Shown: piece after piece, positions 23,632 to 38,350 of the stretch
Numbering within the stretch: position 1 is the stretch's first letter
Layout of the letters: each line of letters begins with the position of its first letter
Source of the DNA: Octopus vulgaris
Lineage: Eukaryota
Direction: 5' to 3'
Assembly (NCBI GenBank): GCA_951406725.2
Contig: OX597815.1
Location: 29,946,001-30,010,000, forward strand
Length of the DNA stretch: 64,000 nt
The notes under the pieces: model-generated
Told to the model about the DNA's origin: nothing
Seen by the model: only the letters and a program-made list of their open reading frames with translations
Database searches by the model: none
Position numbers and translations under genes: made by a program

Positions 23632-24335
23632 GTATATGTATGCATAACTCAATTAGTGTGTATCTGTTTATATGTGTGTGCATGCATTCCTACGGAGTCT
23701 TAATACCTCCGTTGGGTATAATCTTATGTTAGATACACCTAACCCACCAGCAAGAAGGATTTATCAGAAAGCATTCAATGATAGCTTCCAGCGTAAGAAT
23801 AATATCCTTGATAATTGTAAGCAGATATAGTTTTACGCCGTTATCGTGGTTAGATCTTGATTTTTGCTTTAATGTTCTGTGACGCTGATTAAATTTACCT
23901 GACGAATCATGACGTCACGAGGCTCGTCTGAATGTACCACTAGAAAGACCTTGTAACAATTAAGTATATATTTTATATTGAGAACCGGGCGTAACCAGTA
24001 CAAAGTAGTTCATTTTACACATATTATGAAAATGCACACACACACACGGGAATGTAAACAGATCAACACCGGTCACACACATACGCACATGCACGCACAT
24101 ATACACACACAAATATGACGGGCTTCAACATAGTTTTCGTCTTCCAAAATCTTTCAAAAGGCATTGGTTGGAAGTGGTTAATAGTAGACGACACATGCGC
24201 AAGGTGCCGTGCAGCAAGAATGTACACGAAAATACATGGCTGCAAAGCGAGAATCTTAACTGCACAGTCATGGCTTCGGTTAATACCCATATATAGGTAT
24301 ATACATACATAGATGCATACATCTATCTGTATGAA

Positions 24336-24483
<148 letters not shown>

Positions 24484-24488
24484 TATAT

Positions 24489-24524
<36 letters not shown>

Positions 24525-24999
24525 GTATACTGAGATACTGAGATAAGGAAGGAGGGAAGAAGAGTGAGCGTGTTCTCACACGCACCACATAAACAAACAA
24601 ACACACACGCACACATACATACGTACATACACACATACATACATGCACACATACATACATACACACACACACATAAGGGTGTTTGTATGAGTTTTCGCTT
24701 TACGGGGTGTACCAATAAATGACATTTTTTTTTTTTTTAGCGAATAACGAATGTTGCATATTTTTTCTCAGTTTTGTTTCTGCGCCAGAGGAACTATCTT
24801 TGCTATTTTGGCAGCGATGTGTACAACGTGTACGAATTTTAGTTTCCCGTATTGTGTTTGTATATATAACCGTGTATATTGTTGTAAGCTGACTGTTATT
24901 TTTGGATCTCTGATTTTTTTTTTCTATTTGCCTTGAGACATAGAGAGAATGCAAAAAACGATGATTCTTTTGTTTATTTTATAAACAAATAATATTTTC

Positions 25000-25520
25000 T
25001 CTTGTAGTCTATTATTCAGACGAATGCATCAAAAACCAACGTGCTACTCCCTTGGGTGACTTCAACATGTGCATTTATAATATACCCAGTATCATATTCA
25101 TAGATTTCTATCCACAGGACAGGTAGGCTCCTACTTCGTCAACATGTCAGCACACTGTATCTTATGAGACGTCATCTCGACTTCACTAATTGGTATCTTA
25201 GATCAATGAAATCCCAAGCGTAAACAACGATGGCGCATGACTTTTCCTTATTACCTAAGATATTAACAATTTGCTCGCTAGCTAAAGCTAGTTTACTACA
25301 CGTAGATCGGCTTCCGGTTAGTTAACCCTTGAAACTTGTGGAGTTTGCAGCTCATCTGGCATGTTCGGTGAGTGGCGCTTTACAAATGCCTTCTTCACTG
25401 TAAATTATTCTAATCAAGCAAAGTCTATTATAAGAGTATTCTAAAATCATCAGTTCAAACAAAGAAAACAAAAAGCAACCGAGCGTAAATACAGACAGCG
25501 TGCGAATTTTGACAGCTAGC
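25000..25520 (+). mobile_element. Very old L2/CR1-type ORF2 remnant
   Basis: LGDFN at ~25051 followed by RQHVS...HLDF, resembling an APE C-terminus. Heavily decayed. Confidence 0.3.
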
Positions 25521-25808
25521 ACTGTCAATAAAATATGAAGGGATTGACACACAGAAATTTTTGTGATTAACACCCATTAAACATTTTCAATACAATATAG
25601 ACTCATGGCTATATTATTATTGGTATCCTTAAGTTTTCAGATTTACTAGATAATGATGTACTGTTGGCCTTATGTCTAAGTCTAAAGGATGAAAAATGGT
25701 TATTTGAGCTGTAGGTATGAATTATTTACTAAACTGATTCCTCCACAGAAATGGCAAGGAAAAACAATGTAACTATTTTGGTTGCTAGTACTGATGTAAG
25801 TTGCACCG

Positions 25809-25889
<81 letters not shown>

Positions 25890-25938
25890 GTGTGTGTGTG
25901 TGTGTGTATACATGTATATATCTATATAAACATATATC

Positions 25939-25971
<33 letters not shown>

Positions 25972-26065
25972 GTAGAGAGAGAGATGGCTAAATGGATAGA
26001 TAGATAGATACGTACATGCTTATGTATACACCACACACACAGAAATAGACACACACACATATATA

Positions 26066-26644
26066 CAGTAATACTTCACTTTACGAGTACTCGCTTTACG
26101 AGATCCCGCGTTTACGAGTTTTCTTTTTTCAGCTCACTTTTGAATGGTAAGCTAACATTTTTGAAGCACAAGATCCAAACTTTGAACGAAGTGCAAAAGT
26201 TTCTACTACCATAACATATGCTTCTGCGTGTTACCGAGAAATCTATAGAGACCGAAAAACAGTTTCTTCTAAGCAAACAAATCTAGACTTATTTAAAAAA
26301 AAAGTCTATAAGTCCGTGTACTAGTTCTTGTGAATCGGTGATCGCATCTATAAGTGATGGTGAGTGCGAATCTTGTATGAGTGAAAGTAATGCAGGAAGT
26401 GATTATAATAATATTTTTTATTATAAATGATCTTGACATTCTTTTTACTATACATAAAATATGTTTTACATTCTACTGTTGTTTTATTGCCATTTATTTA
26501 CGGGTATTATAAATTTTATAGGTAAAATACTTTTCTGAGAACGAATTATGATTTATAATATATGGGAAATTATTGCTCTATTTTACGAGTTTCGCTTTAC
26601 GAGCGGTCTCCGGGACCAAATAAACATATATCGAGGCATTTCTG
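26066..26644 (+). mobile_element. Tigger/pogo-type internal-deletion derivative (MITE-like)
   Basis: TA|CAGTAATACTTCA ... CGAGGCATTTCTG|TA imperfect TIRs. Repeated TTTACGAG motifs. Internal remnant DPNFERSAKV...CYREIYRDRK...KQTNLDLF resembles a Tigger transposase C-terminus. Confidence 0.8.
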
Positions 26645-26673
26645 TACCCCCCCACACACCCACACACACACAC

Positions 26674-26723
<50 letters not shown>

Positions 26724-27015
26724 TCTTGCTTCTGCTTTTTTCCATGGCTGCTTGTAAGTATTTCATTTATTTCTTATCGTATCTTCTACTGATGAGGAAA
26801 AAATCTATAGGATTTATCCCCAAATTGATTCAATACAGGCATAACGAATTTAAATAAAAAAATTTTGTTAGCTTGCTTTCCTCGATTTCAGCATGACGTG
26901 TTTTTATAGCGAATGTATATTGTAATGCGGTAATTAACGATTTAAAGTCTGTTCTCAGCATATTGCCATAGAAATAATTTTTCTTTTGCCCTTGTTTATA
27001 AATTATATATATATA

Positions 27016-27070
<55 letters not shown>

Positions 27071-27487
27071 ATATATAAACAGAGAGAGAGACACACACAC
27101 ATACACTTCCCACACACGTACGCATTCTCAAGCGATTGAAAAAATGCCTGAATGACACTTCTATTGTTTCAGAAAAAGTGACAGGAACGTTATCACACAA
27201 CAGCCATTAAGATAAAATGTTGAGATTTTGCTAATCCTGACTCTGACTGCTGCAAACCACCTTAGGCGGTTCTAGCACTCATGAAGTGGCTTCTCTCCAA
27301 TGATCTAAAAGAGAAAGCCCAGATGTAGACGTGGTAAAAGCAAAGAACAACATTAGACTAAAATTCTTTAATAATCCATACCGCTGCTACATTTCTGGTT
27401 TTGATAGATGGCTGTTGAATATTTTTGAATATTTTTGAATATTTTTTTGCGTTTATCCATCCTTGGAAAGCATGTATTTAAAGTTTA

Positions 27488-27860
27488 TGGAGGCGTAATG
27501 ACCCAGTGGTTAGGGCAGCGGCCTCACGGTCATAGGATCGCGGTTTCTATTCCCAGACCGGGCGTCGTGAGTGTTTATGGAATGAAGACATCTAAAGTTC
27601 TAAGAGGCTCCGGCAGGGGGTGGTGGTGAACCCTACTGTACTCCACCACAACTTTCTCTCACTCTTTCTTCCTGTTTCTGATGTACCTGTATTTTAAAAG
27701 GCCTGTCTTCCCACTGTCTGTTACGCTGAACCTCCCCGAGAACTACGTTAAGGATACAGGTGTCTGTGGAGTGTTCAGCCACTTGCATGTTAACTTCACG
27801 ATCAGGCTGTTCCGTTGATTAGATCAACTGGAATCCTCGTCGTCGTAACCGACGGAGTGC
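27488..27860 (+). mobile_element. tRNA-derived SINE, apparently full length
   Basis: A/B-box head homologous to 12265-12417, followed by body and 3' part. Confidence 0.85.
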
Positions 27861-28049
27861 TGCGATAGTTTGTGTTGTCAAGGTATTATTCCACCATTCA
27901 TACATAAAACTGAGACCTAGAGTGGGGTTGCTGGTTCAGTCACCATTCACGCACCCACCTACCTACCCACTATAAAACAGGTACCACTGCTTTATACGAC
28001 TGGTTATAACATGCCATTTGGATATATAACTAACCAGGTACAGTACATA

Positions 28050-28140
<91 letters not shown>

Positions 28141-28310
28141 TTTTGCGCATATATACTACATGTTTATATATTTACATGCATAATTGAATATATATATATA
28201 TGTGTGTGTGTGTGTATATGTGTGAGTGTGTGTGTGTGTATACATGTATAAATGCTTATACATATATATATATTTATGTTGAGATATATACATATATATC
28301 TGTATATCAG

Positions 28311-28372
<62 letters not shown>

Positions 28373-28685
28373 CATACATACATATGCGTGTGTGTGTGTG
28401 TAAATGCATGTATGTATATACGTGCGAATATACGTACGTGTGCCTGTACATAAAGGCTGTCACTGAAGGCGATAACTGACCTAACAAAACGACTGAACAG
28501 TTGCATACTAAATTCTTTGAGATGAAATGAATAACAAACTTTTCTCATTATACATACATGCGTAATCCATATCTACACGCACACACATACATGCACACAC
28601 ACACACACACACATACACTTACACTCACATAAACACATAAAGGTGTGTTTGTATATTTATATGTATATATGCGTATATATATATA

Positions 28686-29243
28686 TTTCATCTTCCTTGG
28701 CTCCAAAATAAATCGAGATGGTGATTGCACTCCAGAAATAAGACGGCGGATAGTACTAGGCAGAGAGGCAATGGTCAGCATGAGCAGGGTCTGGAAGTGT
28801 AGAGATATCAGACTCGCTACCAAATGCAGATTTGTGAATGCAATTGTCTTCCCAATAGCAACATATGGATGCGAGACCTGGACACTAATTAATGCATTCG
28901 AGCTTTGGTGTTGGAGAAGACTTTTGCGGATTCCATGGACAGCGAGGCTCACCAATGGAGAAGTTCTTAAGCAGATAAGGCCGAAAATGTCGCTAGAAGC
29001 TGGGATCACCAAGCGTAGATTGGTATATTTCGGTCATATTATGCGGAGAGAATCCCTCGAGAAGGACATCATGCTCGGAATGGTCAGTGGCAAGAGAGGA
29101 AGAGGCCGACCAAGAACCCACTGGCTTGACACCATCAAGAGTGATACCGGAATGGACATGGCCAATCTGAAGGAAGCGGCCCAGGATAGAACTGACTGGA
29201 GGACACTGATCCAACGAGTGACCGAGAGTCGACTTCGACTGAG

Positions 29244-29248
<5 letters not shown>
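28686..29248 (+). mobile_element. RTE/BovB-type LINE 3' fragment
   Basis: FIFLGSKI...EIRRRI...YGCETWT...AFELWCWRRLLRIPWT...YFGHIMRR...RGRPR..WLD...AAQDR..WR. Flanked by TA arrays. Confidence 0.92.
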
Positions 29249-29297
<49 letters not shown>

Positions 29298-29597
29298 TAC
29301 AAGCAAAATTATTGAGATTCAGATGAATTAGGTACTTATGTTGAGGCACCAAAAATTAGCGCGGTATTAGCCGTACAATTTCAAAATAAGGTGAATAAAA
29401 GCAAAATAAGCAACAGGATATCCAGAGGTGATGCAGAGCTGTTGCTTATTGAAATTCATGAAATGTTTTCATTTATCGACTAAAGGGAGCTACTCGAAAC
29501 GGTCGTAATGCATTGATACCTGTTACTTATTTACATTCCCTGTTTTAGATTCTGTTTACACGTATATGTATTTATATTCCCATTATATATCCATCTG

Positions 29598-29875
29598 TGG
29601 AGGCACATGGCCTAGTCATTAGAGAGCGGATTCGCGGTCGAGGGATCGCGGGTTCGAATCTCAGACCGGATGTTATGTGTGTTTATGAGCGAAATACCTA
29701 AGCTCCACGGGGCTCGGGTAGAAGTTAATGGCGAGCTTCTGCTGACTCTTTCGTCACAACTTTCTCTCACTCTTTCCTCCTGCATCTTGCAACTCACCTG
29801 CGACGGACCGGCGTCCCGTCCAGGTGGGGAACCTATACGCCAAAGAAACCGGGAAACAGGTCCTATGCTCCACAA
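29598..29875 (+). mobile_element. tRNA-derived SINE, related head, Meta/V-like 3' domain
   Basis: Head with GGTTCGAATC B box. Distal CCTGCGACGGACCGGCGTCCCGTCCAGG...GAAACCGGG differs from the 27488 copy. Confidence 0.8.
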
Positions 29876-30110
29876 GGGGCAAAAAAGATTAAGAAGAATA
29901 TATCCATCTAGCTCTCAAATGAATTTACACAACGGTAAGAAACTCAAAACAAGGCAGCAATATCGTACGCCCTCTTCTTTCACTCTTTCACTATAAGCGA
30001 ATCGCATAAGCATGGCCATTGAAAAGATGCTAATACTGGCGGTACCCCAACATGGCCAGGGCCTTTGGGCTGAAATGTATAATAAAATTCAAGAGAAGAA
30101 TATGTGTATG

Positions 30111-30215
<105 letters not shown>

Positions 30216-30368
30216 GTATGTATATGTATTTGTGTGCGTACCTTATATTTGTATCTATCGAGCTGTCTGTCTGTCTCTGTCTCTATCTCTGTCTCTCTTT
30301 ATACATATACTTATAAGGTGAAAGAGAGATGGAAAGATAGATAGATATATATATAGATAGATAGATAG

Positions 30369-30431
<63 letters not shown>

Positions 30432-32109
30432 CGGAATGAGATATTGTGTATTATATACTTTCCAGAATTATAGAACTGTTAAAAATATTGAAGACTTTAA
30501 TATAGAGACGTACTAATTAATTATACTAATGTGGGATTAGTCATCGCTGAAAGAACTAATATATGAATCCCTCTCAGTAGCATGGCTTGATAATTTAAAG
30601 ATGCTGAGTTTGTTTAGTAATTGAATAGCAAATATCGAGTGATTCCAGTCGACGAAAATGCCACGATTATTGACTGAAGTGTCTATTACTAACACTTGTA
30701 ACTGTAATCTACTTAATGGAAATCACTTAATCTATTTTATTTTTATCCACGACTCTCATATCCGCATTCTCTTAGATTTTGATGGATTCTTCTCTTTCTC
30801 TTCAACCATTGCCTTTTTATTTTATTTTCCGATTTCTGTCTATCTGATAGCGAAAATCGTTCGATATTTCATACATGTTTACAGAAGAGACGTTTCCTAG
30901 TAGATGTAAGGTTTAAGGTTAAGTTAAGGTCAGGGTCATTTGAGCTAGTCAGAGAAGCAATAACGGGCATGGGGGAGCTGTGAAATAGACTGTTATTCAC
31001 GTACACCGAAACACAGGCTGAAACATAGCAAAATACACGCACAAACAGGCAACTGTTGCCGCAAAGTTGATGTTTTTTTTTTTCATTTTCATTATACACA
31101 TTCGTAGTCACGTTCGAAAAATATGATGAATGATACTTTTTATTCAAGTTGCAGTAAAATAACATTAACAATTGGGAAAAAAATATCTGGTAATGTTACC
31201 ATCTCTATTGCAGTGTTATATGAAGGATCTCTACTCTTTAGAAAAGGGAAAAAATAAAAAAAAGGATATATGGTGGAAGTAAAATTTGCTATCAGTTATG
31301 GTGTGCATGCCGAAACTATTTGTTATGACACTTCAAAGCGCTACATTACGCTACACTAACTACAACAGCGAGCGGACGGGGAAGCTTCTACATGATCACT
31401 CAAGTTACTAGATATAGCGGCGAAATATTCCTGATACCATACTTTACCGTTTTAAAGTAGGAAAAACAATTCAGTTCGAGGTAGGAAAAGAAACGAGATG
31501 ATAAAATTTGGAATGCTTTTTATCAAAGCCTGCTCGATTAAGTTTACCTTGGGGGTAAACGACAAAAACAGCATTATATTAAAAGTGCTTGTGTACGTAC
31601 TTCTTCTAGTCTTGGTGTAAAGCAAATATGAAAATCGAGGCAAGTTGAGGGTGAGATAGAAGCTTAGTTAGTGTTGATACCGTTTGAGAAAAGTATGACC
31701 ACATCTATTACCTCGTTTCACCCTTCACTAAAATATAAGACTTGTGGAATCAATTACGTAAATATTTACCCAATGTACGGTATGATTTGCGTAACAAGAA
31801 GCAACATTATGGCAAATACATAATTTATGATTTCGATTCCTGGTTGGCTGTAGATAATATCTCTAGTGCAAATATTGCCTATTGAGATATGCTTGACCAA
31901 CTCTACCTTCCGTTCACCATTTCTCTACATATAGAGATTCAAATACATATTCTGTCTTTCTGTCTGTTTGTCTCTCTCTCTCTCTCAACTATAAAGGAAG
32001 AACTCTTAATTCATAGATCAAGTTATGTAATAAGAACTACACGAACAGAACTATACAAACCAACGATGAGCGCTCTATATACTGACATATCACAAATGAA
32101 TGCCCTAGA

Positions 32110-33599
32110 CTTGCCAAAACCACTACAAGCTGTGGCGAAAAGTGGGGCTGGAGAGAGGCAAGATGTGGTGAGCACAGACCACAGAGAGTAGTGGAGTCGG
32201 ACTCTAGCAGAATCCTCTGAGATTTCTCAACCCAAACAGATCAGGCGCCAGAGCATAAAGACCGAACCTAGCGGTGGTGGACAAAGGGGCACCGCATATG
32301 CTATATAGTTGATGTTGCGTGTCCCTTTAACTCACGAATAGTCAAGAGGAAGACGAAAAGATAGGTAGATACAACCATCTTAATTACGAAATAGCTCGGC
32401 TATGAAAAATTAAGAAGGTGAAGATAGTGCCAATTATTGTTGGGTCCTTGGGGAACAGTATTAGAAGACATCAAGAGGAATATAAAGGAAATTGGAATAG
32501 TGTGCCCGGTAGAACTGTTACAAAAGGTCTGCCTCCTTGGCACAGCCAGAATAATCAGGAAAGTATTAGGTGGAAAAAACGAATAGCATGGTACCATAGG
32601 CTGCAGGTAGTAAGCTCGCTACGCATGCAAGACTCCAGGAGCTCCAAGAAAACCTGTGATGAAGAGAAATTAATAATAATGATAATAGACACGACAGAGT
32701 TGGGACCTACATACACTGGAAGCTATGCCAACACTATGGAATAACAACAGAAAAAAGATGGTATAGGCATACGCGAGAAAAGTCACAGAAAATGAGAAAG
32801 CAACAATACACATAGAGAAATTAAGGCCATTAGGCCAGATATAGTTGTGAGAGATCATGAAAAATAAAAATACTTTCTAACTGATGTAGCAATACCAACA
32901 GATGACAACATTTCTCTAAAAGAAATGGAGAAACTTTCAAAATATAAAAACATGGAAATAGAGGTAACTCGAAGACAGTATTTACATTAGAAAATATGCA
33001 GACAGCACAAAATCAGCTCTCCTGCTTGTTGGTATGAACATCATCTTGAGACAGTAGTTGAAGGTAAAAATGTCACTGTCCTCTGGGGTTTTCTAGTAAA
33101 CACTGGCAGAATGATCCAGTCTAATCGACCAGACATAATTATTAAAGACAGGGAAGAAAATATTTGTAGACTAATAGATGTAAAAGTCTAAAAATATATC
33201 TGTAAAGGAATTTGAAAAATTAAGTAAATATAAGGACCTGAAAATTGAAATTCAGTAGGTGTGGCATCTTAAAGCGAGAACTGTTCCTGTTATTGTTGGT
33301 GCCCTAGGTATGATAAAAAAGAAATCTCAGAAACATCTAGATAATATCCCAGAAGAACCATGTCTCAGAAAAATCCAAAAGATTCTGCTGACAAGCACTG
33401 ACCACAGACAGAAAAGGTTAGAAAAGTCTTAACCATTTAAATGTCTCTGTTGTATTACATGAAGACATTCCGCCACTGTCCCTGCTACTTCACTTCCCCT
33501 CTTCAAGCTGTCAGTCAAAATGTAACATCTCTTATCCTTCATTCGCCCTAGAATGCGTAGTGTGTCTCGGCAAGTGATTGTAACAAACATGCGAGTTAA

Positions 33600-33600
<1 letters not shown>
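32110..33600 (+). mobile_element. Cluster of three R4/Dong-like LINE 3' fragments (restriction-like endonuclease)
   Basis: IVDVACPF...IVPIIVGSL (32110-32660); RPDIVVRD...DVAIP.D (32700-32970); RPDIIIKD...LIDV...PVIVGALG plus 3'UTR ending in (TAA)n (32975-33600). Confidence 0.85.
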
Positions 33601-33659
<59 letters not shown>

Positions 33660-33719
33660 TATTATTATTATTATTATTATTATAATGACAACAACAATAG
33701 CAATAACAATAACAATAAC

Positions 33720-33778
<59 letters not shown>

Positions 33779-33812
33779 CAACAACAGCAATAACAATAAC
33801 AATAACAATAGC

Positions 33813-33877
<65 letters not shown>

Positions 33878-33926
33878 CAACAACAATAACAACAACAATA
33901 ACAATAACAATAACAATAACAACAAC

Positions 33927-34003
<77 letters not shown>
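33601..34003. repeat. Compound (ATA)n/(ACAATA)n microsatellite
   Basis: Direct reading. Confidence 0.97.
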
Positions 34004-34005
<2 letters not shown>

Positions 34006-34560
34006 GCCCTGATGCTGTACCAGACAGTGGCTCTCGTAGCTTCTGATCTTAACTGATTGTAACTGTTATCATGTACATTGTTTTGTCTTGATATGAAGAT
34101 GGGCTACAGCAAATATTCTGCCAAATATTACAGATTTGCTTGTCAGTTGGTTGCCCTTAACCAGTTGAGCATGACCCTCAGTGACTGATGATATGTGCAT
34201 CTCTGATCACGAGCAGGTTTAGTAGGTGAGCATCATAGCCATGTGTTGAGAGGAATTCTTTAGAGTTTGAATTTTTCACCTCTGGAAACATGGGTGTTTC
34301 GTTCAACATCCTTAAACAAACCTGATTCCGGCACCTTTTGAATGGAATGGGTTACTCGAAGTGAAGAAAATTCTAACTGGGCCTCGTCTGCAAGGTTATG
34401 CGCTGTTTACCTTGATATGGGATCACCATATCGTGCACATATGGTCGTGGTGCATGTGTCTGATGTACTCTTTATTAGATGGGTAGTCATGATGGGTATA
34501 CTGGGTTTCGTACATTTGTACCACAGTGTCATTTTGATGGCATGCACTGCTCTCTCACTC
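34004..34560. mobile_element. ~550-bp non-coding interspersed repeat embedded in TAA arrays (inverted copies at ~62400-62905 and ~60240-60355)
   Basis: Reverse-complement similarity between copies (CAGTGGCTC...GCTTCTGATCTTAA; GTGCATCTCTGATCACGAGCAG). Confidence 0.8.
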
Positions 34561-35623
34561 AATAATACTAATAATAATCTATATCATAACAAGAACCATA
34601 TCATTATAACAGATGTATTTTCTGTCCGTCCATTCGTCACATGTTTGTCTCAGATGAAATGATTTTCAATTAATTTATTTGGAGAAACGAAATAAAAACA
34701 ATAAAATTATTCAATTTTCTCATTAATTTCGCATAAGCAAGTAATATTTGCGCTTTTTTTTTAGTTACAGATTATTTTTTGCACGCATGTCACCGAAAAA
34801 TATATTTATGAATATTTCTACACAGCCGCCAGCAGCAGCAGCAGCAGCGCCGCCGACGCCAACAACAACAAAAACATCAACAAAAGCAATATGAAAAAAT
34901 GTATAAAAGATAGTATCAAAACCAGATCGTGAGATATGTTTGTTTTATGGCTTAGTCAGACGAGGAAGAGCAATACCTTTAACCTTTGCAGGACCACAAA
35001 TAAGGGGGAAAGGGAAGAAGAAAAATTAACTAATCGCTACTGCAATAGGAATCAATGCAACAGAATATATTATCATCAAACTACAGAATGTCTGGACGCT
35101 TATGAAAGAGTGGATTCTAACAGTAACCAGGGTTGGTGGGACAAATCTAACACCCCAAAACATATATAGTCCCCACTAAATTCCATATCTACCCAGTTTC
35201 ATTCCCAAGGCCCTTCGCAACCAGAGGCTGCTGTAGAATACACTAAGCGACGTGGTGAGAGTTGGGTTTGACATCGGCACTGTGTAGTTGCAGAGTGAAA
35301 GTCTTAAACCCACAGCTGTGAGTAAGAATATAAAAGAGATATTTTGACTATTTTCAGTGTTCCTCTTTTTCAGCAATAATCACTGTAATAGGAAAAACAA
35401 AAGTATAACAATAACAATAAGTTCACAGACCATTCGAGCCAAGATTAACCACACAATCAGCCATGTTTTTACTTTCTTGAGCTTTTGAGACACATAGACT
35501 TATAGACCATCTAGTTTTAATTGTTTATTAAAAATAAAATAAAAATATTTGTTTGTCGTTGTTGCTTGGTTATTATTTCACAAATTTATATACATCTATA
35601 TACATACTATTCATAAACACACA

Positions 35624-35692
<69 letters not shown>

Positions 35693-35780
35693 ATATATAT
35701 AGGTATGTATATATATATATGTATATATCTATCTATATATATATATATACATATATGTATATATATATATATACACACAA

Positions 35781-35844
<64 letters not shown>

Positions 35845-36592
35845 GTACGTATATATATGTATATATGTATATGTATATATATATACTTATATATTATATA
35901 TCTGTGTATATCTATATACATATATTAAGTATGTAAATATGTATATTATGTATATATAAATATACATATATTCATATATACATAAATGCATATGCATATC
36001 CATACACATAGACATATACCCACACACATCTACAAATACAAGCATAAACAGTGCCAAACACTCCAATCAGCCTCACCCACACACTCACACAAACGTATGC
36101 ACGAACAGGCACGAGCACTCACGTACAAAAATGAGAAGTTTCCAGTAAAGTTTTGAAAATGTTATTAATTTCACTAAGGATAACATCACTGACATGTGTC
36201 AAAATCTATAGAATTTCTTTCCCTCCTACCTCGCCTTTTCTACCTTTTTCGCTCTGTCTGACACTCCACTCGATCCCATCCTCTTACCCATCTCTCTTTC
36301 TTTCCTTCTGTCCTCTTTGTTTTCCTATATTTCGTCTTTTCTGTTATTGATTTATTTGCTGTTGTCTGTTATTTTCGTTTTGTTTCGTTTATCTTGTTCT
36401 TTTTTTAAGCAACATTTGTTTTTCAATAACTCACAATTTCTTCCGGAAAACGACTTGAAATATGAATTTATTGTCTTCGTGTTTCATTTTCGTATATTTT
36501 CTTCTAACATTTCCCCTAAATTTTATTTTTATTTTATTTTATTCTAATAGTCTTCGCATATGTGTGTATATATATATTTATGTATATGTATA

Positions 36593-36681
<89 letters not shown>

Positions 36682-36997
36682 TTATATTTGTATATACATA
36701 TAGATAAATATTTATGCACACATATGCGAAGACTATTAGAATAAAATAATATATATATAAATGTATATGTGTATATATATATATATGTACATACATATAT
36801 ACATATATATGTATGTGTATCTAAGTATAAACATATATATATACATATATGTATATATACTAACTTACACATACACACATATACATATATATGCGTATGT
36901 ATATTATATATACTTACACATACATACATACATATATATGCATATATTAATATATGAATGTGTTTATATATATATATATATATTATATATATATGTA

Positions 36998-37057
<60 letters not shown>

Positions 37058-38133
37058 TGTGTGTGTCTGTGTGTGTGTGTGTGTGTGTTTGTATTTGTAT
37101 TATTTCAATAATAAATATAGAAATAATCTTCACATTTATAAACTTTGCATGCTGGAAGTCTTATCGTTTTTGTCGTTTTTTTTTATCATTATTGTTGCTA
37201 CTGCTGATGTGGTTATTGTCGTAGTTGTGGCTGTTGTTGCTATTGTTTATGTGGCTGTTGTCACCGTTTATAATTTGGCAACTGTAAGCCTCTACGGTTA
37301 TCCGGCTACTGCTGATGATTTCTATGCTAATTTAATGAAGCCGATAGCATTATAACCGCCATCCAACAACCAGCAAGTACCAACTGTTTGCCACAACCGC
37401 CGCCATCAATTCTACCATAAATAACATCAACACTATTATCCCCATCGACGTCACGACTACTGGTATCACGGCCATAACACCACTACCACAAGCACCACTA
37501 CCACCATCACCACGACCAAATCAATCACAACCACAACTATCATTATAATAAAGTGATTATGGTTATGAGAAAAGAAAGAAGTAGGAGACGTTGATAATGT
37601 TCAAAATAATAGTTATTTCGCTTCATTAACAACAACAATCGCCACAAAAAGATAATGAATTCATTAAGTTAGCCTCAACATTTTTTTGGTTCCTATTTTG
37701 AGCAACTTCCGAGAGCAACGTTGGCTTGATGCAGTTAAACTTTGAACTTAGAATGCAGAAAGATAAAAAGTAAATATTCTTAAGTACTTAAACTTTCTCA
37801 TATTATAGATAGATTGGGATCTGGTCGCTCGAGAACAACTTCATGATTTTTTTTTGTTGAATGTATTTAATCGATTCGTATGAGGTTTTTCGGTAACACT
37901 GTTTAAACCTCAATCTCTGTATGTTGTATTTAATATGGGAAAGATATCTGTGCAGGGTGTTGCCTGGAGTCATACGTATTGTTCGGTTGAGATAATAGAA
38001 CTACTTTCTCTTACCTGATTACTTTCTATAAATCTTTAACTCTTTATTTATCTTAATCTTAGACCTAAAATACACCCAATACTGACTTATATAGCAGCTT
38101 GATGGAAGTATTTGTTTAATATTTATTTTCCTT

Positions 38134-38350
38134 AAGGCGGCGAGATGAAAGAATCGTTAACACGCCGGGCGAAATGCTTAGCGGTATTTCATCTATCTTT
38201 ACGTTCTGAGTACAAATTCCGCCAAGGTCGACTTTGCCTTTCATCATTTCGGGATCAATAAATTAAATACCAGTTGCGTACTGTGGCCCTCTAATCGACT
38301 GTCCCGCTCCCCAAAAGTTCGGGCCTTGTGCCCAGGGTAGGAAAGAATAT
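38134..38350 (+). mobile_element. Nin-like tRNA-derived SINE
   Basis: AAGGCGGCGAG...CACGCCGGGCGAAATGC...GGTCGACTTTGCCTTTCATC. Confidence 0.88.

Noticed and set aside
26785-26830. CUGAUGA plus hairpin
   Set aside because: GAAA is absent (CCAAA); at best a dead hammerhead.
29470-29510. CUAAAGG-GAG(CUA)CUC-GAAACGGUC
   Set aside because: Two core substitutions and weak stem I; not called as a ribozyme.
30905-30940. Telomere-like GGTTAA repeats
   Set aside because: Short and degenerate; no TTAGGG array.
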